Assembly: GCA_963716175.1 (NCBI GenBank)
Contig: OY970296.1
Span: 4,288,001-4,352,000, forward strand
Length of the DNA stretch: 64,000 bases
Direction of reading: 5' to 3'
From: an uncultured Armatimonadetes bacterium
Lineage (GTDB): Bacteria; Armatimonadota; Hebobacteria; Hebobacterales; Hebobacteraceae
The notes below the pieces were generated by a model that made no database searches, was not told the origin of the DNA, and saw only the letters and a program-made list of their open reading frames with translations. Positions 20,649 to 32,258 of the stretch are shown here, one piece after another. A program made the position numbers and the translations under genes. Within the stretch, counting starts at the first letter, position 1. Each line of letters starts with the position of its first letter.

Positions 20649-21620
20649 TCAGGGGCAGATGCCTTGGATCACGCCCTTGTTGGGGGTGCAGGTTCCGGCG
20701 TCGCAGTTGATGTTGGTGCAGTGGGGGGCCGCGGCCATGAACGCGTCCGCCTTGTACCAGGCGGCATGACCGTCCGCGAAGCCGTAGTTGCTGCCGCCCA
20801 GGTGCCGGGTGTACTTCTCCCGGTAGGTGGAGTCGGTCATAAACTTGTCGTAGTCGCTCTGCGGGAAGGAGCAGACTGCGACATCCGGGCAATTCTCCCA
20901 GTCCCCGCCGCAGTTGGCATGGCAGACCTCGTAGAGCGTGGTCTCGGGGCCATGGATGTTCGGGAAGGGCATGGTATCGGCGCAGACCAGCCACAACACG
21001 GGGTCGCCGATCTGGGAGGTCGAGACGCCCGGGAACTCGTGCTCAGTGGTGCCGATGCCGATCTCCACCGCATCACCGGCCTCGGCGTGCCCGACACCCG
21101 AGAGCTTGCCCTGAGCGATGGTATCGGTCACCGACCCGCCCCATCCTGTCGGGAAGGCGTAGACGCACGGGCCCATCGGCAGCTCGTCAATGTTGTCCAT
21201 CAGGTACTGCCACCACGGGCTGGCGTAGCCAGGGATGATATTCGTGACGCTGGAGATGGACAGCTTCTGACTGGGGCACCGCCAGATGTCCCGGTTCTTG
21301 ACGTACTCGTCCAGGATCACCTGCCAGCGCAGGAAGGGGTGGGACCAGGTGGCGTACTTACAGTCCTCATCGCCCGCCCATTCGTCGAAGGCGGCCTGGT
21401 AGGCCTGGTCCTGATTCTCCCCAGGGGGCATCCGGTCGTAGTCCGTCAGGTACATCTGCACTGCAATAGCGACGTTCTTCACATTCGACAGGCACTGAAT
21501 CTTGCGAGCGGATTCCCTCGCCCGCGCAAAGACAGGGAACAGCATTGCGGCCAGGATCGCGATGATCGCGATCACCACCAACAGCTCGATGAGCGTGAAG
21601 CCTCTGCGTCGCGTAACCAC
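20649..21620 (-). CDS. Prepilin-type N-methylation / H-X9-DG (DUF1559) Cys-rich protein, paralog 1
   Basis: [30 protein letters not shown]; [15 protein letters not shown]; AAGGAGG RBS. Confidence 0.92.
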   Translation of the reverse strand: MVTRRRGFTLIELLVVIAIIAILAAMLFPVFARARESARKIQCLSNVKNVAIAVQMYLTDYDRMPPGENQDQAYQAAFDEWAGDEDCKYATWSHPFLRWQVILDEYVKNRDIWRCPSQKLSISSVTNIIPGYASPWWQYLMDNIDELPMGPCVYAFPTGWGGSVTDTIAQGKLSGVGHAEAGDAVEIGIGTTEHEFPGVSTSQIGDPVLWLVCADTMPFPNIHGPETTLYEVCHANCGGDWENCPDVAVCSFPQSDYDKFMTDSTYREKYTRHLGGSNYGFADGHAAWYKADAFMAAAPHCTNINCDAGTCTPNKGVIQGICP

Positions 21621-22059
21621 GAACTTCTACCTCCTTCTGTGCGATAACCCAACTCGGTCAACACCACGGATGGGACGGCTCGTGCTTCGTAGCGAAGGAG
21701 CTTCGCTACTTCGCAGAGTAGCAGATACCGGCGCGCTCTTAGCCTCCTTCCTTAGCAATGTCCATTGGATTGCCGGCGCTTCGCGTCTGCCGTCCCTGCA
21801 GCGCTAGCACGCGGCCGGCAGGCAGGATGGGTGACGTCGCGAACCCGCCGTCTGCCCCCTGGCTCCGCCGCAGCTCGCCCGCGTTGTCACCTTGGCCCGT
21901 TCTTGAGGCTACCACATGAGCCTTCCCTGCGTCAAGTGTCGGAGGGCTGCGATCGCTCGATCGGATGCGATGGAACCTCAGACTGGTTCATCAGCAGGCA
22001 CGCGCCGCCAGGCGGCGAACAAGCGAGCAGTCTGAGATCAGTGCAACGCAGGAGGCCCG

Positions 22060-23019
22060 TTGATGCCCGTTAAGGACAGAGCCGTGCAGGTGGCGACGGT
22101 GACGCAGGACTACCGCGAGGCGGACTCCGCTGACGCGCTGGCGGAGGAGACGATCGAGCGGCTGGAGCAGGCCGCCTGTCGCCGCCCGGACATCGTGTGC
22201 CTACCAGAGACATTCTCTGGTGACAAGGCCGAGCCGGTGCCCGGACCCATGACGGAGCGGCTCTCGCAGTGGGCGCGAGACAGATCGTGCTATCTGATCT
22301 GCTCCATCGCAACCCAGGTGGGAGATCGCAAGTTCAACTCGGCTGTGTTGCTGGATCGCGGGGGCGAGATCGTGGGCAGGTACGACAAGATCCACCCCAC
22401 GGAGGGGGAGCTGAAGAATGGGGTATGCCCCGGGGACCCTGACCCCCCAGTCTTCCGCACGGACTTCGGCACCATTGGCATCCAGATCTGCTTTGACGTC
22501 AACTGGCGGGAAGTCTGGGCCAAGCTGAAAGACAAGGGAGCCGAGATCGTGTTCTGGCCCTCCGCCTACCCCGCGCATCGGCATCTCTCGGCGCTGGCCT
22601 GGCAGAACGAGTGCTACGTGGTGTCGGCGACCAAGACGCGGCCGTCGCGCATCTATGACATCAGTGGGGAAGTGCTGGCGCAGTCCGGGATGTTCCAGCC
22701 CTGGGCTGACGCACAGCTCCACCTGGGGAAGCGGCTATTCGAGATTGACTACAACGTGGGGCCGATGCGCAAGCTGGAGCAGAAGTACGGGCGCAGAGTG
22801 TTGATCCAGTGGTATCACGACGAGGACCGGTTCACACTGGCCTCCCTCGACCCGGAGCTATCGGTCGAGGACCTGATGGCCGAATTCGGGATACTGCCGC
22901 TTCGACCCTATCAGGCCAGGTGCGAACAGGCGATCGCGAAGGCGCGGGCGCGATATCAGAGGTCAGCCCCCTCGCCGGGCGGGCGCGCCGGAGGGCGAGG
23001 GCGGCAGAGGCCGCGGTGA
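22060..23019 (+). CDS. Carbon-nitrogen hydrolase (nitrilase superfamily)
   Basis: Catalytic triad contexts CLPE, YDKIH, ICFD. Confidence 0.9.
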   Translation: MMPVKDRAVQVATVTQDYREADSADALAEETIERLEQAACRRPDIVCLPETFSGDKAEPVPGPMTERLSQWARDRSCYLICSIATQVGDRKFNSAVLLDRGGEIVGRYDKIHPTEGELKNGVCPGDPDPPVFRTDFGTIGIQICFDVNWREVWAKLKDKGAEIVFWPSAYPAHRHLSALAWQNECYVVSATKTRPSRIYDISGEVLAQSGMFQPWADAQLHLGKRLFEIDYNVGPMRKLEQKYGRRVLIQWYHDEDRFTLASLDPELSVEDLMAEFGILPLRPYQARCEQAIAKARARYQRSAPSPGGRAGGRGRQRPR

Positions 23020-23023
23020 GGCG

Positions 23024-24592
23024 GTGTTGAAGGTGGGCCCATTGCCGGAGTTGATGATACTGCTGGCCTGCCTATGGGGCTGCATGCTGGCAGCGCACGC
23101 GGCTGAGTTCTGGGTCTCACCAACGGGCGGCACCGGCAGCGCAGGCACCGCGGGTTCGCCGTGGTCACTGGAGAAAGCGAACGCCTCGGCTGGGCCCGGG
23201 GATGTTGTGCTGCTGCAAGCAGGAACTTACCAGAGCTCCATCAGGCCCGCCCGTTCGGGCCGCCCGGGGAAGCCCATCGTGTTCAGGTCGGCGCCAGGCG
23301 CGCGGGTCCGGATCACCGGCGTGCAGGCGGGTGTTGACCTGCGGGAACGGTCCCACATCACGGTCCTGGACCTGGATGTGGAGAAGGTGGACCGTTTCCT
23401 GATCGCCGAGCGGTCCAGCGATATCACCATTGCGGGATGCCACTTCGACACCGCCCCTGCCTGGGAATCGTGCCGCATGCAGAAGATGGGCGACCACGTG
23501 CGCGTGCAGGACAGCACCTTCCGGAACGGCACCGACCTGCTTACCATCGAGGGCGGGAGCTATCACCTGATCGAGGGGAACACGTTCGACACGGCCGACC
23601 ACACCTGCCTCGTGCTGATGGGAGTGAAGCACTCCGTGGTGCGCGGCAACCGTCTCCGCAACCCGATCCAGAAGCTGATGGAGGTGTTCACCACCCGGAG
23701 GAGACAGCACCCCGATCCACAGCGCCTGTCGGAGCGTCTGGTGATCGAAGGCAACTGGTTCGATCTGTCCACGGGCGAGAGGGGGATGGCCGGCATCCAG
23801 TATGCGGGCAACCGCACGATTCTGCGCCGCAACGTGTTCCGGGATTGCGGTCTCGGCATGGATTGGACCGGCTATGACGGCGGACGGGACAATCCCGAGG
23901 CCTGCTACAACCAGCACAACCGCTTCTACCACAACGTGGTCTACGACTGCGGAAAGCAGAAGGGGGGCGTGGGGCTGTTCCTCTGGACGGGCGTACCTGA
24001 CTTCGGGGACCAGGTCCACGTCAACAACATCATCTATCGCAACACCTGCCAGCGCGAGGGGGCTCCCGGGAGCGTGCAGATCTACTTCGCTGGCAGGGCA
24101 GGCCCGCCCCAGGCCAGATTCCTCTACAACGACATTATCCACGAGAGGCCTGGCGAGGCGGTCTTCGCGGTGGCCGAGGGAGAGGAGGTAAGGACGCTGA
24201 CGCTGGACGAGTACCAGGCAGCCCATCCGGAATGGGCCGCACACAACATCGGGAAGGCACCGGTGTTTGTGGACCCGGACTCCGGAGATTTCCGGCTGCG
24301 GCGGGAGAGCCCGTGCATTGATGCGGGCGGCCCGCTGACGCGAACCCGATCCGGCGGCCACGGAGCGGTGATCGAGGTAGAAGATGTCCTTTTCTTCAGC
24401 GATGGGTACGGCATTGTGGAACCAGACGTGATCAGGGTGGGGCAGGAGCGAGTGAAGGTGGTCAAGGTGGAGGTCGAGGGCAACCGGCTGGAAGTTGACA
24501 GGGTTGTCTCCTGGGAGGCCGGGCAGCCGGTCACGCTTGACTATGTGGGAGAGGCGCCGGACATGGGGGCGTTCGAGTTCGGCGCTCAGTAG
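23024..24592 (+). CDS. Secreted right-handed parallel beta-helix protein (polysaccharide-lyase-like)
   Basis: Signal peptide, WVSPTG..G....PW, PGDVVLLQAGTY, repeated I..N.F units, C-terminal PDMGAFE. Confidence 0.75.
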   Translation: MLKVGPLPELMILLACLWGCMLAAHAAEFWVSPTGGTGSAGTAGSPWSLEKANASAGPGDVVLLQAGTYQSSIRPARSGRPGKPIVFRSAPGARVRITGVQAGVDLRERSHITVLDLDVEKVDRFLIAERSSDITIAGCHFDTAPAWESCRMQKMGDHVRVQDSTFRNGTDLLTIEGGSYHLIEGNTFDTADHTCLVLMGVKHSVVRGNRLRNPIQKLMEVFTTRRRQHPDPQRLSERLVIEGNWFDLSTGERGMAGIQYAGNRTILRRNVFRDCGLGMDWTGYDGGRDNPEACYNQHNRFYHNVVYDCGKQKGGVGLFLWTGVPDFGDQVHVNNIIYRNTCQREGAPGSVQIYFAGRAGPPQARFLYNDIIHERPGEAVFAVAEGEEVRTLTLDEYQAAHPEWAAHNIGKAPVFVDPDSGDFRLRRESPCIDAGGPLTRTRSGGHGAVIEVEDVLFFSDGYGIVEPDVIRVGQERVKVVKVEVEGNRLEVDRVVSWEAGQPVTLDYVGEAPDMGAFEFGAQ

Positions 24593-24653
24593 CACCAGGC
24601 TGGCAGCAATGCCCTCGGCATGGCCGCCCTCCAGCAAAGGTCATCGGTAGATC

Positions 24654-26620
24654 ATGTCACAGGGCACCCAGCACCCGCCTCACGGCCGGCGGGCAAGCCC
24701 TTCCCGGGCCGGCCGCCGACGCCGTGGTATCAGGCTCCGCACGGTTGTGGTCGCCGCCCTGCTGGTGCCGCTGAACGTCTACGCCATCGTGTGGGGGAAC
24801 TGGTTCCGGGGGACGGCGCTCTTGCCCAGTCGCTGGCCGCGCCCACGGTAGCCTGTCTGTTTCTCTTCAGCGGGCTCAACGTTCTGCTCAAGCGCCGGCG
24901 GCCGGCCTGGGCGTTCTCGGCCGGCGAGCTGATCGCGATCTACAGCGTGCTCGCCGTCAGCACCGGGCTGTGCGCTACCCCCTGGGACTGGGGCGGGTCC
25001 GTGAGCAGTGTGATCACCTGGCCCATCTGGAATGCCACCCCTGGCAACCGCTGGGCGGAGATGATCTGGCCCAACCTGCCCGACTGGCTGGTGGTCAGCA
25101 AGCGGGAGGCGCTCCAGGGCTTTTACCTGGGCAATACCGATCCTTACCAGCGCGAGATCCTGCTGGCCTGGCTGTCACCGGTCATCTGGTGGACGGCCTG
25201 GGCCACGGCCCTGCTCTGGGTATCGCTTTGCCTGAATGTCATCGTGCGGCGGCGCTGGGCGCAGGAGGAACAGCTGCCGTTCCCCATGACCATGCTGCCG
25301 ATGCAGATGAGTGAGCCCAAGGGTGAACTGCTCCGGAATCCGCTGTTCTGGATCGGCGTCGCGGCGGCCGCGGCCGTGTCTGCGAACCAGCTGATCGCTC
25401 GCCTGATTCCCGCCATCCCAGTGCTCCCCACCAGCTTCGACTACGGGTCATATGTTTCCAACAACAAACCATGGGACGCGACCCGCATTCCCCACTTTTC
25501 CTGGCAGCCCTGGCACCTCGGGCTATCGTACCTGATGCCAGTTGACCTGGCCTTCTCGCTGGTGGTGTTCAACCTGTTCTGGCGGGCTGAGTTCATCCTC
25601 TCTCGCCAGTTGGGCTGGTCGGTCAGCTCGTGGGGAGGATTCCCCTATGGGGAGCAGCAGATCATGGGGGCCTACTTCGCCCTGATCGGGATATTCGTCT
25701 GGCTGGAACGCCGGTACTTGGTCCAGGTACTGCGGAAGGCGGTGGGCCTGCGCTCTCTCGCGGATGACAGGGAGGAGGCCTTCAGCTACCGGCTGGCGGT
25801 GATGGGGGCAGTGGTCGGGATGATCTTCCTGGGGTGGTTCTTCATGCGGGCGGGAGTGGAGCGGGCCGTCATCCTGCCCTGGCTGGCGATCTACTTCATG
25901 ATGGTGATGGCGATGGGGCGGCTGCGAGCACAGCTCGGACCGCCCAGCAACGAGATGTACGGGACCATGCCGGATTTCGCCTTCGTCCAGTTCCCCGGGA
26001 CGCGGGCCCTGACCCCACGCACCCTGGGGGTGCTGGGCCTGCTGCAGCCTTATATGCGGGAGCAGACGGCGAATCCGGGGCCGGCTCAGCTCGAGGCCCT
26101 GCGGATGTCGGGGCCGGCGGGGGCGAACCCGACGCGGCTGGCCTGGCTGATGATGCTGATCGTGCCCCTGGGCCTACTGGTCTACTTCTGGGCGAGTGTG
26201 CACATCGGGTATCAGGTAGGCCTGGGCACTGGCAAGGTAACCCGGAGCACGACCTTCCGCGCGCTGGAAACCGTGGGGACCCTCGAGGAGTGGCTGAACT
26301 TCCCGGCGCCGCCAAACTGGGGAGGAGTGGGAGCGATCGCGACGGGCGGCGCGGTGACAGTCGCGCTGATGGCGATCAAGCTGCGGTTCCCCTCCTGGCC
26401 GCTGCACCCGGTGGCGTTCCCGCTCGGGTTCGACATGACGGTGGACGACATGCTGCCGGCGATTTTCGGCACCTGGCTGTTCAAGGCGCTGCTGCTGCGC
26501 TATGGGGGCTTGCGCGCCCACCGCCGCGCGCTGCCCTTCTTCCTGGGGCTGATCACCGGCAGCGGCACGGTTTCGTTCCTGCTGGCCACAATCTCAGCGG
26601 TGTTCAAGGTCAGAATCTAG
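24654..26620 (+). CDS. DUF6785/DUF6784-type membrane protein (paralog 2), N-terminal frameshift near 24810
   Basis: ATG 24654 ORF gives the GIRLRTVVVAALL N-terminus; body has FSAGELIAIY, WAQEEQLPFP, WPLHPVA, LRYGG..RRALPFFLGL. Confidence 0.75.
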
Positions 26621-26635
26621 CCTCGGCCACGCGCA

Positions 26636-26666
26636 GGCCGGGGGGCCCAGCTTCGGCCCCCCGGCC
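26636..26666. terminator. Stem-loop between convergent genes
   Basis: GGCCGGGGGGCC-CAGCTTC-GGCCCCCCGGCC. Confidence 0.65.
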
Positions 26667-26702
26667 CAGTGGGGCAAGCCTTCGTCCCTGCCTCAGCTTG
26701 CG

Positions 26703-28375
26703 CTAGTCCTCCCAGAAGTTCGTGTAGTGGCTCTGGATCGGTTCTCTCGAGGTGCCAACGCCCACGATGAACCAGTCCAATCCGACATGCCGCAGCCGAT
26801 AGGAAACGTACACCGTCTGGTTGACCCCATTGGGGTCAGTGAAGGAGTGGGTGCCGGTGTAGAAGACCTCGTAGGGAGAGATCCATACCGGCTGGCCGAA
26901 ATCCATGGACACGGTATGAACGGTGGCCATGGTGTCCGCGGTCATCGCGTAGTAGTCGTTGGTGGCGGTGCTATAGTCGTACTCGCCGTCGAAGTAGACG
27001 CGGATATCAACCTGATCGGTCAGGTGGGCTGACAGCAGGGAGAATGTTGCTGTCGAGCCAGGCCTGACGGATGTCGCCGATGGCCCGCTCCACCCCCGAG
27101 TAGTCCAGCCCGGAAGAGCCGGAGTAGTAGTAGCTATAGGGGTTCTGGTTGAAGTAATCCGGGCCTTGGTAGAAGGTCCGATCCGGATAGATCCAGCCCG
27201 GGCCCCACCCGTAGAAGCTGTAGATCGAGGGGTAGAAGCCGGGGTAGTCAAACCCCAACCAGAACGGATCGCTGAAGTAAAACGGGTAGAAGAAGTCGGC
27301 GAAGAAGAACGCGTGATGGTGGAACTCGCGCTCCTCTCCCCCCTCTCCGCCCACGGAAGGTCCGCGGGCGCACCGCGAAACCGTTCGTGGGCTGTCCCAG
27401 GGTGCCGCGGATTCGGCCGAAGCTGGTGCTGACGCCGCTGATCGCGCCCCTATGGAGCACGGTCGTGCCGCGAGGGACGAAGTTCCCGGCAGCATCGCGC
27501 GCCGGCAGGACCTGGCCCGATACGGCCACCCCGCTGTTGTGCTGACGCAGCCAACCCGGCAGGTTCTGCGGTGTGCGCTGCTGCATCTGCGGAGCGACCA
27601 GCCCTGGGCGGCGGCCGCCAACCGACCCGCGCAGTGCGGGCGCGGCCGGCCAGGCCAGGCCGCGGGAAGCGCCGCTCCTGGCGAGTGGCGCGCTGGACCC
27701 GTTTCTGTTTCGCAACTCCAAGCCCTGGCTCGGAGCCGGAGTCAAGCCGCCGGCGCGCCCCCATTCGGGTCGTGTCCCGCTAGACGATCCATGCATAGGC
27801 CCAAACGGCCGAGACTCTGACGGCCCTCCGGGAGACCGGCCAGGGCTGACGCTGAGGCCCCGCTCGGGCGGCATCGCACGAAATGGCTCGCTGGGCGGCG
27901 CGACGGGGCGGCCTGCGAAGCCCCTGGATTCAAAGGTCATTGGCGGGCCGGGCCTGACTGACCCGGGGGTCCCAACCCCGGGCTGCCGCCCTATCCCCGC
28001 CGCCCACGGCGATACGCCAGGCCGTCCCTGAGGAGCGGCGAAGGGGCGCTCTTGCCAGCCTTGCGCCAGGCCCGGGCCCATCCCGATGGCGGGCCCCCGG
28101 TCCGGCAACGGCGCCACCCCGCCTCCCCTGGCCACACCGAAGGGAAGGCTGGGCGCTGGCGCCGCGAACGAGCGCTCAGGCATAGTCAAGCCGGGGGACG
28201 GACCACGCGGAAACCCCGTCTCCGGCGCCGCAAACGCCGATGCGCGGCCGCCGCCGAATGAACGCGCCTGGGCCGCGATGCCCATCGTGGGCAGCAAAGC
28301 CAGGCCTGCCGCGAGGGCCGCGATCACTAGCCTAGTATGCAGAAAGGAGGCTCTAGCTCCAAACACCTCAATCAC
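26703..28375 (-). CDS. Secreted hypothetical protein with Gly/Pro/Arg-rich region, aromatic-rich segment and globular C-terminus (two frameshifts)
   Basis: Signal peptide in ORF 27248-28375; Tyr/Phe-rich segment in 27007-27621; C-terminal domain in 26703-27251. Confidence 0.55.
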
Positions 28376-28735
28376 CTCCGTTTCGGTTGCTAGCGTCGAG
28401 CATGCAACCGGTAAGTAGTAAGCAATGGGTCTGCTACTTTCACCTCGACTCTACCGCATGGGCCCGTGTCCCAAACGTAGGTTTGCATTGTCGGCGCGAC
28501 AGTGCTAGGAGAGGCGACCGGCATCGCCTTCTGACTGGGATCATCGCCCGCTATCCCTCGGCCTGTCGCGAACGGCGGCAACGAAACGCGCAGCAGGTTC
28601 CGCTTGCTCTGACAGGAGCCACCCGCACATCCCTCCGGACTCTGCCCTGGGATTTGTGATGCGGCACAGGAGGCTTTCGGCGTCTGCTAGGGGAAGATTG
28701 GGAGGCATCGAAGCGACCAGACGGAGGACGCGAGT

Positions 28736-30046
28736 ATGGCATCACCTTCACTGAAGATCGTAGCTATCGGAGTGGGAAGCGGGTTCGGCCGGGGGATTCT
28801 GGCGGAGGTGCTGGGCAGCCCTGACTTCAGCGAGCTGGGCACCACGCTGAGCCTGGTGGATTTGAATCCGGCGGCCCTGGATCGCATGCACAGGTTCGCG
28901 CTGCGGGTGAAGGAGCACTGCAAGTCGCGGGTGCAGATAGAAGCCACCACTGATCGCAGCCAGGCCCTGCCCGGCGCCGACTACGTGATCACCTCTGTGG
29001 CGATCAAGCGCTATCCCTTGTGGGAACAGGATTTCCGAATACCGTTGGCCTATGGCTTCCGGCACGTGTTGGGCGAGAATGGCGGGCCAGGCGCAGTCTT
29101 CCATGCCCTGCGCAATTTCGAGTTGATGATCCCGATCTGCCGGGACATCGAACAGCGGTGTCCGGATGCGCTGCTGCTGAACTTCACGAATCCGGAGTCG
29201 CGCATCATCCGGGCGGTGTCGGAGATGACGAAAGTGCGGGCGGTAGGCCTGTGCCATGGCACCGGCGGGGCACTGTGGGGGGTGAGCGAGATCCTCGGGC
29301 GGCCGCTTGCGGAACTGGACATTGTCTCGGGCGGACTGAACCATTTCTTCTGGGTGACGAAGATCGCCGACCGCAAGACCGGCGCGGATCTATACCCGGA
29401 GTTCCGCAAGCGCGTGCTCGAGAACCCAGATTGCCCAGCCATGCCACCTCTGGTGAGGAAAATGCTGGAGGTGTTCGGGCGCTACACCTATCCCTCCGAC
29501 GATCACATCGGTGAGTACCTCGCGTTCGGCTCCGGTTTCACGGGAGTGAAGTGGCACTACGGGATCGAGTCCCGACGGGTGCCAACAGAGGAACCGAAGC
29601 CAGCGCGGTCTCGCATGGAGCGGTACGCCTCGGGCGAGCTGCCGTTAGACAAGGACGCCCTGAGCGCGAGCGGCGAACTGGCGGTGCCGATCATCCGCGC
29701 CATGGAGCTGAACGAACGCTACTGGGCGGACTCGGTGAATGTGCCGAACGCCGATGGCTATGTCGAAGAACTTCCGCGCGATACAGTGGTGGAGGTTCCA
29801 GCCTGGGTGGACGGGAACGGCATTCACCCGCAGAAGATAGGTCCGCTGCCGGAGGCGCTGGCCGCGTTCTGTCGCACCCAGGGCTCGATCCAGGAACTGG
29901 TGGTCGAGGCCTATAAGAAGCGCTCGCGCAATCTGCTGCTCCAGGCGCTGCTGGTAGACCCAGTGGTGGACTCCGTCGAGAACGCAGAGAAGATGCTCGA
30001 TGACATGCTGGAGCTGCAGAAGGACTACCTCCCCAGGTTCACCTAG
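28736..30046 (+). CDS. GH4 family glycosidase (alpha-galactosidase/glucosidase)
   Basis: IGVGSGFG, GENGGPG, LNFTNP, GLCHG, GLNHF, H.GEY. Confidence 0.92.
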   Translation: MASPSLKIVAIGVGSGFGRGILAEVLGSPDFSELGTTLSLVDLNPAALDRMHRFALRVKEHCKSRVQIEATTDRSQALPGADYVITSVAIKRYPLWEQDFRIPLAYGFRHVLGENGGPGAVFHALRNFELMIPICRDIEQRCPDALLLNFTNPESRIIRAVSEMTKVRAVGLCHGTGGALWGVSEILGRPLAELDIVSGGLNHFFWVTKIADRKTGADLYPEFRKRVLENPDCPAMPPLVRKMLEVFGRYTYPSDDHIGEYLAFGSGFTGVKWHYGIESRRVPTEEPKPARSRMERYASGELPLDKDALSASGELAVPIIRAMELNERYWADSVNVPNADGYVEELPRDTVVEVPAWVDGNGIHPQKIGPLPEALAAFCRTQGSIQELVVEAYKKRSRNLLLQALLVDPVVDSVENAEKMLDDMLELQKDYLPRFT

Positions 30047-30047
30047 A

Positions 30048-30081
30048 GAGCTTCGCCGGATGAAGTAACACGGCGAAGCTC
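30048..30081. terminator. Stem-loop after GH4 gene
   Basis: GAGCTTCGCCG..CGGCGAAGCTC. Confidence 0.6.
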
Positions 30082-30281
30082 AAGGAGCGGGCCAGAGAGG
30101 CGCAGAGCGGTGTTCGCACATTACTTCCTTGTGCGAACATCATCAGCGCAGTGGAGTGGGCATAGCCTTGCCCGCCACACGGCCGGCGGGCAAGGCCGCC
30201 GCCTCCCCTCTGATGCAGAAGGCACAGATACGGGCAGCCGACAGTCGCTGCCCAGCGCGGCGGCGCGGGCCCCGGGGTGAC

Positions 30282-31899
30282 TCAGGAGGCCATCCGGCCC
30301 GACAGCAGGGAGACTTCCAGCGAACTGGCCGCGTCCGAAGCCTCCAGCCGGATGCGGCCGCCCATTCTGGCTACCGCGAGCTGGCAGAAGGTCAGCCCAA
30401 TCCCTGCTGACCGATGCCCCAGATCCTTCCACAACCTGGCCTGAGTCTCCGGATCGAAGATTCGTTCCCGTTCCTCCCTTGGGATCTGCTCGCCCGACCA
30501 GTGCACCGAGAGCACCTGGGTGCCTTCGTCGCGGCCGAGACGGGAGGCGAGAACGAGGGGCGCGGAGGGTTCCGCCCAGGCCATGGCAAAGAGCAGCAGA
30601 TTGAGGATCACCCGCTGCAGCAGCTCGAAGGTTGGCCATCACCGGCGGCAGGCCGGACCGCGGCCGATGGACAGGCGTGGCCAGGCCGCGGGAGACTGCG
30701 ATCTGACCCGCCAACCTAACCGGCAGCTCGGCGGCTTCGTCGAGGCCTACGGGCGCCACGTCCAGCAACAGACCCGGGTCTCTGAGTTGCGCCAGATCCG
30801 TCATGCTGGTCACTAGCGTGCCCACCATCTGCGCTCCCAGGCGAGCGGTGTGGACGGCCTCGAACTGGAGGTCTCTCAACTCTCCGAACTGACCGTCCTC
30901 GAGCGGCCTCAGCCACTCCGCTAGCCCGGTTGCCGCACAGCGCAGTTCGTGCGCCAGATACTCGGTCAGCTCCTGGAAGTGAGCGGTCCGCTGTCTCTGT
31001 TCGTTCAGCTCCGCGTTGGTGAGCGCGGTTGCGGCTCGATTGGCGAACAGGGTGAACAGATCCAGGTCCCGGCCGGAGAAGCAGCCGGGCCTGGCGGTGC
31101 CGAAAGCCTGGATGACGCCGCGCAGCGCACTGCCTGTCCAGAGGGGCGCACACATCACGCATCGCTCGCTGCTGGCCACCACCGGCCCGGTGCCGGCGCG
31201 TTCGGTCCTCACCTCTTCGGCGCAGACCGCCTTCAGCTCCTGAAGCGCTCTCCGCGCCATGTATTGGCTGATCGGCTCTTCTTCCTGTCCTGCTGCGGCC
31301 AGGGAGGCAAACTCCGTGATGTTCAGCGATCCTGGTTGGACTGTCCCGATCGAGACCGACGAGGCCTCGGGGAAGACGTTGAGCACGGCCTTGAGCACCC
31401 TCTGCTCCATTCCGGAGAGCTCGGGCGCGAGGTGAATCTGTCGCTCTAGCTCATAGATAGTCAGCAGGGTCTCGCGATCTTTGCGCAGAGCGTTGTAGAC
31501 CCCCTCCGCATCCGCCGCATCTGTGGTTGCCAGATCCGTGCGCTGAGTACGGATGGTCTTGGTGGCGGGTGGACGAACCGTGGGCGGCGCCTCAACCGCC
31601 ACCTCCAACTCAGTGAAGCCCAGGATGATCCTGTCGCCCTGCCGCAACTTCATCTCCGGCACCACCCGATCCAGCTTCCATCTCCGGGTCTCCCGAACCA
31701 GGATGGAACCGTTCCTGCTGTTCAGGTCCCGGTAGACGTACTCTCCCTCTTGCAGTGCGATCTGCCCATGCTGGAAAGAGACGTGCTCATCGTCCACCAC
31801 GATCAGGTTCGACCGGCCGCGGCCCACGGAGATCACCTCTTCGTCGCACTCGAAGCGCTCTCCGGATTGCTTGCCCGACACAACGCTGATGGCAATCAT
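30282..31899 (-). CDS. FHA-GAF-histidine-kinase-like sensor (frameshift near 30620)
   Basis: FHA (VGR..SFQH..DLNSRNG), GAF (MCAPL..DLDLF), H-box AHELR; HATPase part GIGLTFC..MGGRI in ORF 30282-30611. Confidence 0.75.
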
Positions 31900-32258
31900 C
31901 CTCCCCTCCTCGAGGTGCCAGTTTCGACCTGCCACATATCCGGTTCCTGCGGTCCTGGCCCACCTTTTCCGGGCTGGATTCTACCACATCCGAGGGCTGG
32001 CCACAGCCCTCCCGGGGTCTCCGCAACACTCGCTGCCATGGTATTCCTGGGAAGCACAGGGGGATGAGCGGGCAGGCAGAGAGAAATGAGCGCAGCGCGC
32101 GGCCGCCTTCGGGCCCGGCGCACCTTCTGGTGCGAGAGGCTCGGTCACGTGCCCGGCAGCGATAGAGCCAGCTGCCGTCGGCGCGCTGGGAGCCGGGCGA
32201 TGCGGCCTCTCGGGCGAGTCCCTGGCTGCACTCGGGATGACATGTCTACGGTACACAG

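Noticed and set aside
32205-32245. GTCATCCCGAGTGCAGCCAGGGA-like repeat on the minus strand
   Set aside because: Single degenerate copy in the window; cannot be supported as a repeat here
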